Assembly (NCBI RefSeq): GCF_018350175.1
Contig: NC_058368.1
Coordinates: forward strand, 55,244,001-55,308,000
Direction: 5' to 3'
Origin: Felis catus
Taxonomy: Eukaryota
DNA length: 64,000 nt
The notes beneath the pieces were generated by a model. It was given only the letters and a program-made list of their open reading frames with translations, was not told where the DNA came from and did no database searches. Of the stretch, positions 1 through 14,069 are shown piece after piece (within the stretch, counting starts at the first letter, position 1; every line of letters starts with the position of its first letter). A program made the translations under genes and the position numbers.

Positions 1-1649
1 ACAGATTGTTTAAAACACAAACTCATCACAGCACTAATGCACACAATAAAATTAAAACATTTAAATAGAGAATGACATATTAACAGTTTAACATGCTAGT
101 AGTAATAACAGAGCAAATGCTATTTTTTATTAAAATATGGAGGGCTCAGGTTCTATTTTAAAAAAGTTCTATCAAACAACAACTCTCCACTACTTGAGGA
201 AGATCTTCTTGCTCTGCAATACTTTGTTTACCACCCAGCAGGCAGCTTTGCTAGAGAGACACATGGAGCTGTAAGGCAATAAAGGAAGAGACAGCAGACA
301 CATATTGCTTCATATCACAGTTGGGGGGGTATGCATATGATCTTTATTTTATTTATTTGCATAGCTCTCCAAATATATTGCTTATTGAGATATAAAAATA
401 TTTTTAAATTGGTTAATGTGTTTTAACTTTCATACCTGTAATTCACAGGATGATTTCTAATTCACTAAATATTTGTAAAAAAAATAACAAACACAAAAAC
501 CTTAGTTTTGCTTTTTTTGAAATAAATTTTAAAAATTGAATCAGTATTTTGTGAGCAGGAAGAGTTAGCTAGTATAATTTTAAATGAGGTCTCCATTGTT
601 TATAAGAAGGGGCCTTCAAATATTGATTTGCCATTTATTCAACCTGTAATGCAATAGAGAGGCATAAAAGAGTAATTGAAGAATTAAATCTCCACTTCAC
701 TTCTAATTTTCCTTCTTTTGAGGTTTGTGCCTGACCTTTTTGACTGACTATAGCTTTCATGGTTTAATCATAAGTAATTTGGCAATTCAAAGACAATAAT
801 ATCAGACATGATATATTTTTTTTCTAAGCAATAAAATGCATTCAAAGATACCAAGGTTGAAGAGAATATAGTAAGGGGTTGGGGTTTCATCGTTATCTGG
901 TGACAGCATGGTGAATTAAGGTGGGGCTTACTGAGATACCCTGTTGGGTCCAGACACAGCAGCTCAACTTGCTGTGATTTTTTTCATTCTCTTTTATTAG
1001 GTTTCTTATGATCAATCTTTACACTCTTTGAAACTGTTTATTGGTTGTACAAGTGTGCTACATACATATCCTGACAAAGGAGAACAGATTTAAAGGAGAC
1101 ATATATGAAAAGGGGAGGTTTCCTGGTGAATTTAAAACTGGTGCAAGCTGGCATTATATTACTAAAATTATTTTCAATAATTAGAGAAACCAGGAGAAAT
1201 ACCTTCCTTACTTGGATGTCTTTAAAACAAAGGTAGGATATTGAGACAATTAAAAAAAAAATAATTCCAAGTTTCTCCAGTGCTTTTCAAAACTCTTGCT
1301 AAATATACATCATCCTCTTTTACAATAATATAAAAATTTGCTTGATATTTATTAATATCACTTTCTACCTTCTCAAAAGAGACCCCATAAAAGTTATTTA
1401 GTTTCTAAAACTCAGAAACTCCTTTGCTGAATGATTAGTATCATCATTAAAGCAAATATATGCAACTTAACTATGTATAGACATTGTTTTATGTATTTTG
1501 AATGGATTATTTTATACATGTGTGTCTCCCCACCCCCCCCCACGCACAAATAAATCCCTTGAGAAAATCATTGGTACTACCTTGATTTTCCAAATAAAAT
1601 TAAGATACTTGAAGATTAGAGTTAGTAAGTGGCAGAGTTGGTTTATGAA

Positions 1650-1731
1650 CATACACCATCATGCTCTATAACCTATGCTATTAATCATTGCATACACCAT
1701 CATGCTCTATAACCTATGCTATTAATCATTG
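1650..1731. repeat. Perfect 41-bp tandem duplication
   Basis: CATACACCATCATGCTCTATAACCTATGCTATTAATCATTG occurs at 1650-1690 and again at 1691-1731. Confidence 0.95.
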
Positions 1732-2342
1732 TTAATATAATCTTTTGTTATCTTGTATGGAGATATTTTTTGCAACAGCTTTCCTGAGCTATAATTGAGA
1801 CACTATACAATTCACTCATTTAAAGTGTACAATCCAGTTTTTTAAATTATATTCACAGAGTTGTGCAACCATCATCACAACCAAATTTAGAACATTTTTA
1901 TCATCCCAGAAAGATACCTTTCCCACTTTTGTTATCTCCCTCTAAATACCCCTTAGGCATTGGCCTAAGGCAATGCCCTTAGGCAACTGCTAATCTGCTT
2001 TTGTCTCTACAGAGTTCCCTTTTGTGGGTTTCCTGTAAATGGAATCATATCACACATGGTCTTTTACGACTGGCATCTTTCACATAATGATGTTTTTAAG
2101 GTTAATATGTATGATGTTATATATCAATACTTCACTCTTTTTTTTATGACTACATGATATTCCACTATATGGGTATACCACATTTTGTTTGTCAGTTGAT
2201 TGACATTTGGGTTGTTTTCACCTTTTGACTATTATGAATAATGTTGCTACATTCATATACAAGTTTTTATATGCAGATATGTTAAATGAGCCTTGGGTTT
2301 ACATCTAGAAGTGGAATTGTTGGGAAATATGGTAACTCAGGA

Positions 2343-2538
2343 TTTTTTTAATTTTTTGAAAATTTTTTATTTGAGAGAGAAAGCAGGGGAGAGGGGCAGA
2401 GGGAAAGAAAGAGAATCTCAAGCAGGCTCCGTGCTCAGTGGAGAGCCCAACGCGGGGCTCAATCCCACAACCCTGGGACTATGACCTGAACCAAAATCAA
2501 GAGTCGAACACTCAACTGACTGAGCCACCCAGGCACCC
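2343..2538 (-). mobile_element. CanSINE (older SINEC_Fc2-like)
   Basis: T-rich tail, GA-rich tract and ...ctgagccacccaggcaccc head in reverse orientation. Confidence 0.95.
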
Positions 2539-2821
2539 TTTGGTGTTTGACTGTTGGAGAAACTGCTAGAGTGTTTACAAAGTGGCTGCAGTATTTTACG
2601 TATCCACCAGCAGTGGATAAGTGTACTGACTTCTCCACACCTCTGTAACACTTGATATTTGACTTTTTTATTCTCCCATCCTAATGGACACCTAGTGGAA
2701 TCTCACTGTACTTTTGATTTCTATTTCTCCATTGACTAATGATGCCAAGCATCTTTATAATGCTTATTGACTATTTGTACATCTTCTTCTGAGAAAAGTC
2801 TATTTATATCTTTTGCCCATT

Positions 2822-3620
2822 AAAAAAAAGTTAATAGACTATTTTTAGAGCAGTTTAGGTTTACAGAAAAATGGAACAAAAAGCACAGAAAGTTCACATA
2901 CATATCCTCTAGCCCTGCAGATAATTTTCCCCATTAATATCTTACATTAATGTCATATATTTGTTATAATTAAGGAAACAAAATTCCTGGTCATTAACTA
3001 AAAGTCAATAGTTTAGACTTCACACAGTTTTATGCATTTTGGCAAAAGCATAATTTCATGTATCCAGCATTACAGAATAGTTTCACTGACCTAAAAATGC
3101 TCTGTGCTCCACTTCTTTATCCCTTACTCTCTCCCTTTGGACCTCTGGCAACCATCTATCTTTTTACTGTCTATAGTTTTGCCTTTTCCAAAGTGTCATA
3201 GAGTTGGAATCATACAGTATGTGGCCTTTTCAGAATGGTTTCTTTCCCTTACCAATACACATTTAGTATTTCCCCATGTCCATTCATGGTTTGATAAGTC
3301 ATTTTATGCCAATTTATGGACATACTATAGTTTATTTATACATTCATCAATTGAAGGGCATTTTGGCTGTTTCTAATTTTTGAAATTATGGGTATTTGTT
3401 CATATATTTTTGTGCAAACATGTTTTCAACTCATTGGAAACATACCTAGGAGTGCATTTCAGATTGTATGGTAAGACTATGTTTAACTTTAAGAAAATGC
3501 CAAGATGTCTTGCAAAGTGGGTGTCTCAATGTGCATTCTCATCAATGGTGAATGAGAGCTCCTATTGCTCCATATCCTTGTGAGCATTTGGTGTTGTCAG
3601 TGTTTTGAATTTTAGCCATT
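2822..3620 (-). mobile_element. Second L1 3'-end fragment nested in the first L1
   Basis: Begins with a different L1 3' terminus (tagactatttttagagcagtttaggtttacagaaaaa) and repeats the late-ORF2 motifs already present at 2040-2820; the host L1 resumes at about 3625. Confidence 0.7.
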
Positions 3621-5596
3621 CTTTCCCATGTTTTGTGTTGTCTTTTTATTATTGAAATTTGAGTTCTTTGATAATCTAGCTACAATTCCCATCAGATACA
3701 TGATTTGCAAATATTTTTTCCTATCCTGTGAGCTTTCTTTTAAGTTTCTTGATAGTGTCTCTTGAAACACATTTTATTTTGGATTAACTCCAAAATATCT
3801 ATTTTTTTTTTCATTTGTTGTTTGTGTTTTTGGGGTCATATCTAGAAAAAACTGCTAAATTGAAGGTTGCAAAGACTTGGGCCTATGTTTTATTATATGA
3901 AATTTATAGCCACTGCTCTTAACATTTATATGTTTAACCTATTTTTTAATTAATCTTTGTATGGAGTTTGGTAGGAGTTCATCTTCATTCCTATGCATGT
4001 AGATACTCAGCTGTCTCAGTATCATTTGTGAAAAGGCTGTTCTTTCCTAATTAAATGTCTTGTCACCCTTGCTGAGAATCAAATGACGTAGGTACTTATG
4101 TTTATTTCTGGACTCTCAATTCTCTTCTGTTTATTTATTTATCTATTCTACTCCAGCACCAAATTGTCTTGCTTACAGTTGCTTTGTAGTAAGTTTTAAA
4201 ATCAATAAGAGTGATTTCTCCAACTTTATTCTTCTATATCAAGATTGTTTTGGCTGTTTTTTGTTCCTTAAGTTTCAATGTTAATTTCTGAATCAGTTTG
4301 CTAATTTCTTCCAGAAAGCTAGCTAGGATTCTGATAGGACCACACTGAATCTATGGATTAATTTGGAGAGTATTGCTGTCTTAACAACATTAAGTCTTCA
4401 GATGTATGAACATGGATGTCTTTCCATTCATTTTGCTTTTTAAAAAATTTCTTTCAGTTGTGTTTTTAGTTTTCAGAGTATGTTTTGTGCATTTTTTCTT
4501 AAATTCATTCCTAAACATTTTATTCTTTTTGATAAAACTGTTTTCTTAATTTTATTTTTGTTTATTTCATTGCTATCTTAATATTTTTTTTCACTTTTAA
4601 TTTGCACCTTGAGAAGATTTAGCTTAAAAGTAATAAATAAATAATAAAAAGGAAAATAGAATAAATAAGGCAATAAGTAAAATATATAAATGAGGGATAT
4701 ATTTTAATGTGAACAGATAGCAAACTGTCATTGTTATAAAAGGCAATATTTAGGTGTAATAAGTGTTTTTGAAAGGAGTGAAATAATTTTATTCTTCTGT
4801 GAAGAAAGGACCTTCAAACAGTTTCTAGAGCACTAAAGAATTATTATATTCAGCCCTCAAGATTTAGGAGTCCTAATTTCAATTTAACCTCTTATGCAAT
4901 TATCAAGGAAGTATTTTAGCTGAAGTATTAGGTCTAAAAATTTTAATATGTTTTTGTTCATTGTGTATTAGTAAATCCCAGAACTAATGTATATCCCCAT
5001 CAGTAGGTAACACATTATTAATTATATATACAATAATTTGCCTGCTGGCCATTATAATGAACGTATCTGTTGAAATGAAAATACCTCCAAGTTATTAAGT
5101 GAAAATAGCTGATGTGAATAGTCTGTGCACATGTGTGTTTGCTTATGTATGTTTGCTGTTTTTATCTACAAGTATTATCTATGTAATGGTATTTGAGGCT
5201 ATTTTGTTCTAATCATATTTTTTCTTCTGGCAAATTAATATATTTAATAAAGCAGCAGTGAAAATATAAAGCTTCACTTTGTGAAAAAAATATTATCTCT
5301 ATATGTAAAATTTAATTCAGATAGAAAATAAACTTCTGAGATAGAATCTGTCATAAAATCTCATAACTACCAGTGCTTTTCTTCTTTCTGGGAGGATGAA
5401 AATCTTAAAATTTTTTTTTTAATTAAGCTATAATAAATGTAGTCTATATCATATATTTAATTTTCTCTCATCTTATCCTAGGTCATCTATCTATATAATT
5501 GATATAGGTTTAAATCTTTAAAATTATTTATTATATATGAATACATAGAAATATGTAGAGACTGTAATATAGAGATTGATGATTTATGAAAACACC

Positions 5597-8500
5597 TGGT
5601 ACAACGGAATTGATTGGCCCTATTTAATAGCTAATAAGTGAGTCAGCCATAGTTACATGGATACTGACAGAAAATATCAAATTCCTGGATCAAAAACAAG
5701 GTAATCATACCATCATGGTTGCTCTGGATCCCTAAACCCTAAGTCCCATAGGGCAATATAGAGAGTCAACTGAAGCTGGTATACGTCTACTGCACCACAG
5801 GAAAGGAACTCTGAACATAAGAGACCCACTTATGTTGTGACAAGCAGGAAGAAAGCCAGACCTTTGTGAAAAAAGAGACAGTATTACACCTTTCCAAAAT
5901 CTGAGCTCTATGAACAATCCTAAAAAATAGCCCAGTTTAAATAGCTTTTAGGGCCTTATAATCCCAAAATCTATATAGGAAGATCTATATGAGCACAATG
6001 AATTAATGATGGGCTTCCCACAATTCGCCCTGGGTCATGCACTGTCTTAACCTCTAAAACATTTTCACATCTGACCAATCTTAGGTGACAAACTGAGGCT
6101 GAAATCAAATCCTTTCAGTCTGTCTCATTTAACTAGGATTCCTATCAGTAAGATTCTAATAACTAAGATGGGGCAACTGTCTTAGTCCATTCTGGCTGCT
6201 ATAACAAAATACCATAGACTCTGTAGCTCAGAAACAATAGACTTTGTATCTCACAGTCCTGGAGGCTGGAATTCCAAGAGCAGGGTGCCGGCATGGTCAG
6301 GTAAAGGCCCTCTTCTGGGTTGCAATCTTCTCTTTGTGTCCTCATATGGGGCAAGAGGCATGGGGAATCTCTGAGACTCTTTCATAAGGTTATTAATCTC
6401 ATTTATGAGGCCCCCTTCGACATGCTATCACATGTAACACAGGATTTCAACATGTACGGATTTGGGGAAGACACAAATGTTCAGCCTATATCAACAACAT
6501 ACAGTATTTTCCTCAATCAAGCCCTCCGGGATCCATGCCCAACCAGAAGGGGAAAATATCAAGTAAGTCATTGAGTCTACCTTAGAAAAGTAGGAGGCTT
6601 TCTCCTTATATTTGTTTTGACTTTCTATTTGTCCCAAGGCAATAATTCAGATGCATCAGGATTTATTATTGATTGCACTGACTCTGCCTTGCCCTGCAAG
6701 GGTGAAGTCTAGGGTAATTCTATCATTCATAACCACTCTGGGCAATGAATTAGGCTAAGCTGAAGGCTTTCCAAGGTCAAGGTGGTGTCACTGATGTAAG
6801 CTAACATCAGGGAAAAAAAATTCTTACTACATTTTCTAATTGGAAGATCCCTATCATAGCAATAAACTCCCAGAGAGTGTGCATAAGTAATGAGTCGGTT
6901 ATCACTCTGAGGAGCTTCCCCAATATGGGGTCACCTCATATTGGGTCACCTCATATTGGAGAGATGTGTGGAGTTGTTGAAGAATCCTGATGGGAATTCC
7001 TTAAATACGTGCAGGTGTCTTATGATCACAATAGTGTGTAATCTATTATGGCTTTGAAGCAGGAAAGTTTTTGCCAGGCTTCTACACAAGAAGTATAGTT
7101 CTGGTAGCAAACATGGTAGCCCCCAAACGAAAACGTAATTTTGATTACTGGGGTTTTCCCAATAGGAATTTCATCAGTTTGGTGGAGATGGGGGGAGGCT
7201 TGATTCCAAATGGTCCTATCAGAGAACATATCTTTACCATGGGCATCTACATTTGTGACCCAGAATTTCTTATTAGTGGCAGGGAAGTTTCTTTCCCTAC
7301 AGTTCATGGCTTCAAAGAGAAATGTCTTTAATACGCCAGTCTATAGTCTCCCAAATGGCAGACCAAACAATTAGACTATAGGCAACTGCCTAGGAGATAA
7401 TAACAATGTCTCAAAGTTCATCAAGGTTTCTAATGGCCTGGCTATGAACAATTTTCTGAGTTCTGCCAACTCAGAAAAGAGACCATATTGGCCCTTGGTT
7501 ATACATAGCGGGTGCTGATTGTGCACAGATGGTTTTCCACAGCAGTACAATGCACACCATCATATTTTAACATAGATGAACAACCAGTGAACCAGGCCCA
7601 GGCATTTAAGGAAATCTCTGTGAGTGGAAAGCCTCATTGAGCCAGAAGTTTTGCTTAAGGCAGTGAAGTGAAAGATAAGGATTCCCCCAAAGGGGTTGCT
7701 TTCACTTTTTAATGCAAATCTGAGATGCTGCCAAGACCAAGTCAGCTGCTCTCTTGAAAACACAATTTCCATTTGGCAATCAAGACTTGTAGGGCCCTTC
7801 TTGCACTGTTATTTGTTGAGTCTGAAGTGACCACTGCCAAATGTGGATATCAGGCTGGAGATTCACAGACCTGCCTGTGGCATGCATTCAGCTGTTTCAA
7901 AAACAGTATACCTGGTGGTTACATCAGAGAGGTGACACCTTTGTTTTGGGAAATGGTTTTTTTGAGTATTTAGGATGCAATTGATTTTCTAAAGTATTGT
8001 GTTTTTCCTCCTGTGATTATCATTTCTCCCAGGCTACCTGGGAGAGGATAGGAAGGAAGGTTGTAGTGTAATTTATGTCTCATTATCACTACATAAGTCA
8101 TCCCTGAGAGAATGGGAGAATCTCCTTTGAATATATAGGATGAGAATATATAGGATGTGCCTGTAGCACATCAACTGTTTTATTCCCTTAGCTAAGGGGG
8201 TCAAAACAGTAACAATTTAACCTTCCTTCCTCACTATGGGTTCCTTCTGAGCTACATCTGTTGAATTTGGGTGCCCTTTCCTCCTAAAAAACCTGGTAAG
8301 ATAGTAATTTGGGCACTTGGTGCCACCAGGGTCATAAAAATTTGTGTCCCTTATCCATTTCCTGGGAGTCCCTGAATGCTTGATGGTGGTGATGCATGGC
8401 TTTCACTCTCCCCATTGGAAACAGGGAGAGTGCATACATATTTTTCCTTAGAGAAGAGTTCAGAGGTAAAGAGAGGCACCAAGATTGGGAGACACAAATA

Positions 8501-9611
8501 TATTATACACACAGACAAAAATTCACACACAGAGGTCATTCTCATCAGCATTAGGAAAAAAAAAATGAGACAGTAAGAGGCTAATACTAGTCAATGCTTA
8601 ATATTTTGTTTTCTATAGTAGTTTGCTTTTCTCAGTAAAATGTTCTGAACCAGCCAAAGCTCCCTGATAGCAGTCAGGACTCATGTTGACAACTTTGAGA
8701 GGTTTTCCTCTCATTGCAGCATGGATCTAAGGTTGGCATGAGAAACTACAAGAGAGGCTGACCAGAAAGGCAGACTACCTGCTTGTCATTCCTTCTTACT
8801 GAGCATTATATGCCTTATATTTGCATGTTCCAGGTGAACTAGTCAATGTACTGGTCATGTAGCTTGTAAATGTGTATCTCTGTAAATATAGTTGCAGGTT
8901 GTAGAGCCCTCCTTCAACTCCGAAAGGGTCTCATTGCTAGTTTTTTCAATATGGTTGGTAGACCAGTTAGTGCTCATGTTATAGGAGAGCTGCTTTTGAG
9001 CCTATCCCCTGGTATTTTTCCTCCTTAAAACAGGCAACAAATTGGAGAACTATGTCTTGGCCAAATAATCATATCATTTTGTCAAGATTATCTATCACTG
9101 GTTCTCAAGGATTTCCTCAAATCCTTAATTAACATTTTTCCAGAAATCCGTGTCTCTATTAAGTGTCCCATCCTCTCCACCAAAACTGTGGGGGATTGAC
9201 TTTACCCTACTCACAAGTTAAGACAGCCTGCTGTGGTCACATGGATGCTGACAGAAGATCCAAGCCTTCTGGGTCAGAGACAAATACCTTCATTACTCCT
9301 GAAAAAGTAACAGCCTGAGTACCAGCATAGTTTCACATTAACCTGGAAAGCCAGAGATACAGTCTGCTTGAGCAGTGTGTTGCATCACAATAGTGCCATG
9401 AGCTTAACTGCTGTTGTTTTTTTTGGCAAGTATTGAGCAAGAGTATTCTTTGTGTGGAGACAGGCATAATATGACCTCTCAGAAATGCCAGTTGCATAAA
9501 CAATCCTAAAAAAATGGTCTAGAGTGAGGGGAGATCAAGGCCTTGTAATCTTCAAATACTCTGCAAGATGTATACAAATAAAAGAGGCCTATAGAGGACC
9601 ACCTCCAAACA
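5597..9611 (-). mobile_element. Ancient ERVL-type provirus remnant with two diverged LTRs (MER54/MER74/LTR53-like group, tentative)
   Basis: Homologous LTRs at ~5597-6022 and 9187-9611 share catggat(a/g)ctgacagaa, aacaatcctaaaaaa and ggcctt(a/g)taatc. A PBS-like tggtggagaggatggg follows the 9187 LTR end on the minus strand. Minus-strand relics include protease (LVAPSAQITILPG, ~8292-8350) and RNase H (AWFTG, AEL, AVAYSLIVWSAIW, WVTNVDAH, ~7195-7610). Confidence 0.85.
6178..6493 (-). mobile_element. MaLR solo LTR (MLT1A-like) inserted in the ERVL internal region
   Basis: tgtcttagtccattctggctgctataacaaaataccataga...ggggaagacacaaatgttcagcctatatca, with 5-bp flanks gcaac/acaac. Confidence 0.88.
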
Positions 9612-12400
9612 CTGTATAACTAGTACCCAAAGTACCCAAATTAAGCAACAAAACTTCTTCAGCACCCCAGAAACTGTCCTTGTGCTGCTTCCTTCCAGTT
9701 AGTACTTACATCCTAAAAGTTTCCAATATCCTGACTTCAAAAAGGTTAATTAGGGGCGCCTGGGTGGCGCAGTCGGTTAAGCGTCCGACTTCAGCCAGGT
9801 CACGATCTCGCGGTCCGGGAGTTCGAGCCCCGCGTCAGGCTCTGGGCTGATGGCTCGGAGCCTGGAGCCTGTTTCCGATTCTGTGTCTCCCTCTCTCTCT
9901 GCCCCTCCCCCGTTCATGCTCTGTCTCTCTCTGTCCCAAAAATAAATAAATGTTGAAAAAAAAATTAAAAAAAAAGGTTAATTATATTTGTGCATTCAGA
10001 TAAAAAGAATTGACTAGCATATTCTCATGTGTTTTTGACTTCATTTGCTGTAATTTTATAGTGATGATATCCATCCATCCATCTGTTGTACATTTAGATT
10101 GTTTTCAGCTTGAGGCTGTTATGAGTAGTACTGACATGATCATTCTAGTGCATGGCTTTTGATGAGCATATTTATACATTCTTTTTGAGTATACACTAAG
10201 TAGTAAAATCATTGTGTCTTAGAACATGCACTCTGCTTGACAAAATTCAGAAATGATTTTACTAATTTAAATTCTCTACAAATAGTGCTGTATGAGAATA
10301 ACTGTTGCTCAAACCGTGGCATTTTTATTTTTGTCATTTTAGCCATTTTGATGGGTGTGTGATGTTATATTGTTGCTTTTTACTTGCATACCCTTGATGA
10401 CTAATGGTGTTGAGTATTTTATTGGCTATTTATATATTCTTTTATGTGGACAAGTTTTAAATTATATTTCTATTGCTATTTTTTGCCTTTTTCAACTAAT
10501 TTTCATAAAAATTTTGTGAATATTTATGAATCAAGTACTTTATTACATGTGAATATATTTTACATACATGTTCCATTCTGATAGTGGTCTATTTATTCTC
10601 TTAATGTTGTTTTTTGATGACTAGAAGTTCATAATTTTAACATAGTGTTACACATAAACACACACACAAACGCACCCATCCCCCCTCCCTCTGCACATAG
10701 GCACTGTATGTCTTCTTCAATCTTTGTTCACCTATGATTTTTTAATAAGCTTTTGTTTTAACATTTATGATTATATTAACCATTCATCTAGCTATATAAG
10801 CGTCATGAAATATTTTTTCCAGGTGAGACAGCATCATTTTTTGAAGGCTATCCTTTCCCCACTGTGTGAGGTGTTCTCTTTGTCATCAACAAGTGACTCT
10901 TTATGTGCAAGTCTGGGCTTTCTATTCTGTGCCACTATTCAGTTTTTCTGTTCTCTCACCATTGCCTTTCTGTCTTAATTATCTCAACTTATAATAGGCC
11001 TTAATATTTTGTATTATTACTTCTTTAGCCAGGCTGTTTTCCCTTTAAGATTACTTTATCTGTTCTTAGTCCAAACTTTGCATTTATATATGAATTTTAG
11101 AATCAGCTTTTAATTTCTTAATGTACGTTTAAAAAGTCTGATATATTGAGAGTTATTTGGGAAAATTGACAACTTTAAGAGTATTGAGCTTGCCAATTCA
11201 TGATTCTATAATATTGCTCCATTTATTTAGCTCTTGTTTTATTTTTCTCAATAATATTTTATAATTTTCAGTTGAAGAAGACTTTCATTATTTTTAATTA
11301 GATTTATTACAATAAATTTGATGTTTTTCTTGCTGGTGTGAGTGGTAATTTAAATTTAATTTTCATTTGTCTTTGCACAGCATAAAAACACAAAATTAAT
11401 TTTAGTGTATTAATATTTTATGGAGTGACTGCTATATTCCCTTATTAATTTATATTGTGTTATATGTATATTCTTTTGAACAGTGAAGGCACACAATACC
11501 GTCCTATGTAAATAAGCAAGTATATTTCTTTCTTCCCAAGTCTCATGTTTTGTGTTTATTTATACATGCTCTATTACATGGACTCAACTACATTGGAATG
11601 TTGAAGAAGAGTGCCGGAATGTGACATTCAAATCTGATTCTTGACTTGAGGAAGGGACCGTAAGTTAAGTGTTTCACTACTGGATCTGATACATTTTCTT
11701 ATAGAATTCTTTATCTTTTTAAGAAAGTTCCCTTTTATTTCAAGTCTGCTGTGTTTTAATATAAACTTATCTAAAGTCAATGCGTTTATTGTTGTAATTT
11801 CTTTCTGTATCTATCAATGCTGCATGTATGCACGATCATACCTAGTTTACACCTTCTCCATTAATCAACTGAATTATTTTATTTGAGTGACTTTCAAATA
11901 TTAAATACTTTTTGCCTTTCTAGATTAAATTTTACTGGGTTATAATGCATTATCCTCTGTAATATATCAGTGGATTTGATTTAATAATTCCTCATAAGAA
12001 TTTTTGCATCTACATGCCAAAAAAAAATGTTGGTTTTAAATCTGTCTTCCTTGTAATGCCCTGTTGAGTTTTGTTCTGAGTTAATTATGGCTTATGATAA
12101 GAATTAAGAAATATTTGTCTTATTTCTATTATCTGGAAGAGTTCGTGAGTGATGGGCAATCAGTTTTGAAAAAAAATCAGTGACACCTTCAATTTCAAAA
12201 ATACTTCACCAGTTAAGTCTTTTAGACTTAAGACTTTTAAAAAATTATTTTCAAAATTTGTCTTCATTTCTTGCTTCAGACTTTTGTGTCATCCAAATTT
12301 GTTTTCATAAAATTCTTTCATCTTTTTGATACCTGATAAATCTGTATTAATGAATATCTTCACTTTCATTCTTAATACTAGTGTGTTAGAGAATGTTGAG
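9612..12400 (-). mobile_element. Highly diverged L1 (L1ME/L1MC-type); its extreme 3' end lies at ~5520-5596, on the other side of the ERV
   Basis: cagcaccccagaa 3'-UTR motif followed by degenerate antisense ORF2 sequence (gaattttagaatcagc, tttgggaaaattgaca, tttttgcatctacatg). Confidence 0.75.
9753..9970 (+). mobile_element. Very young cat CanSINE (SINEC_Fc)
   Basis: ggggcgcctgggtggcgcagtcggttaagcgtccgacttcagccaggtcacgatc with CpGs intact; perfect TSD aaaaaggttaatta (9739-9752 and 9971-9984). Confidence 0.98.
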
Positions 12401-12459
12401 TGGGTGAATTTAGGTAGTTGTCTTTCAAATATCATAGTTTTCTTTGTTGCTGTATTTTT

Positions 12460-12835
12460 CAGACAGGGGTAGTTTATGCTGTAATAATACATAAGTTTAA
12501 AATATCAGTGGCTTTACGGACATATGTTAATTTCTTGCTCATCCTAAGTCTTCTACAGATTTTGGCAAATCTCCAGGGCCTCAAACCATACTATTTCAGT
12601 CTTGCTCCTCCATTACCTGAATATTACCTCTAAATTATGCATGGGAGGGGGCAGAGACTGGTGATTTACTTTGTAACTTCCGTGCTTTCAGACTACATAT
12701 GATATACATATCTATTTGCCAGTGGTGTTTCACTGACAGGAACTACTCGTATGGCTCCTTTTCTGTATAAAGGTCTGGGAGAATATACTCACAAAGAAAA
12801 GGAGGTATCAGAGAACATCCTTAATGTCTACCATG
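12460..12835. mobile_element. Old MaLR (MLT1-type) LTR fragment
   Basis: Motifs ttatgctgtaata, aaatatcagtggcttta, atttcttgctcat and ggaactactcgtatggctcc. Confidence 0.55.
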
Positions 12836-14069
12836 GTTGGGAGTGACAGCGTTTTCAGATTCTTGGCTTGCAAATTATTTCTGACCCCAAAACATGTCTT
12901 TTAAAAAGTTATATATTTCATTCATGTACATGTATAATTTTTTTTAACTTAAGAATTTATTATTTATCATGAATTGCTAGCGCTTTGTGCTCTGGAGTTA
13001 AACAATTTTTGCTTGGATCCAAATTCAGCCAGTAGATATAATTGATTTTGCTCATATTGTGTGAAAATATTGATCCAGCATTTAAAACCAAAAATCTAGA
13101 TTTTTTTGGCATCACTTTAAAAGCAATTATGCTAGCAATTACCTAAAGCTGAGTTGCAGATGCCATTTTTTGGATGGTTTAAGAATGCTTTATTTTACCT
13201 AATTTTCCACCATTTTCTATTTTTTACATACTGCCTATTAAATCCTGGTAGCTTTTGAGCTTATTGTCCCCTAGTATTCCTATATACATTCAGCTATATA
13301 TATTAATCCTGTGACAATTCAGAGATTTTTTTTTTTGCTTTAAAATTAACTGTGATCATTCTTCAATTAAGTGTTAAATTATGAGTATAGGGAAAGGAAA
13401 ACATCATGTGCTTAATTGTTAGCTTGACAAATAATGTTGGAAACATGATAAAAAGATAACATAAATATGTACTGAATTTAACAGAAACATTATTGTTTGC
13501 ATTTTAATTTGTTTTTTAAAATTTTAAATCAATGATAAGCCATCAAATTAAACAGATGAAACTACTTGAAGTAGAAAATATAGCATTGGCACTGTTCATT
13601 TTAACTACTTTATTATTTGTCATCATATTTTGTTATCTTGAGAATTTGACAAAACGACAGAAATTCTAAATTCATCTTATATTTCTTTATCAGATATATA
13701 TTTCAAAATATATCAAATAAATGCACCCAATTTTTTTTGAGGTTGGTCTTTTTTCATTTTACTGTAGCACATTACTATGTTAAGGGTTTTTTATTTTGTT
13801 TTTTTTTGTATCAAGAACTGACTTCAGTTTGATGTCACTGTATTTCTTGCTATGTGCATGTCTAGTAGCTCATTGTCTCTGGTTTTATAAGATCACAGTA
13901 ACATTACGGAAAATATAGATTCAGAAGATAATACTATTTTATATGCATTGTTCTATTTTATTCTGGAACAGAGTATTATTATAAGTTTGTGAGGAAGACT
14001 GATGATATATATACAGTTGTGAACAAACACTAGAGCCTCAAACTGAAATGAGAAAAGTGACTTTGGGAT

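Larger units (their letters stand above)
1770..4570 (-). mobile_element. Old LINE-1 (L1MA/L1MB-type) 3' end and ORF2 3' portion, interrupted by a SINE and a second L1 3' piece
   Basis: Antisense L1 3'-UTR motifs (tacaattcactcatttaaagtgtacaat, cacagagttgtgcaaccatc) and antisense ORF2 motifs (tggagagtattgctgtcttaacaacattaagtctt, tcaagattgttttggct). Confidence 0.9.

Noticed and set aside
9753..9840. tRNA-like A/B box sequence
   Set aside because: It is the tRNA-derived head of a SINE, followed by a CT tract and A tail, not a tRNA gene.
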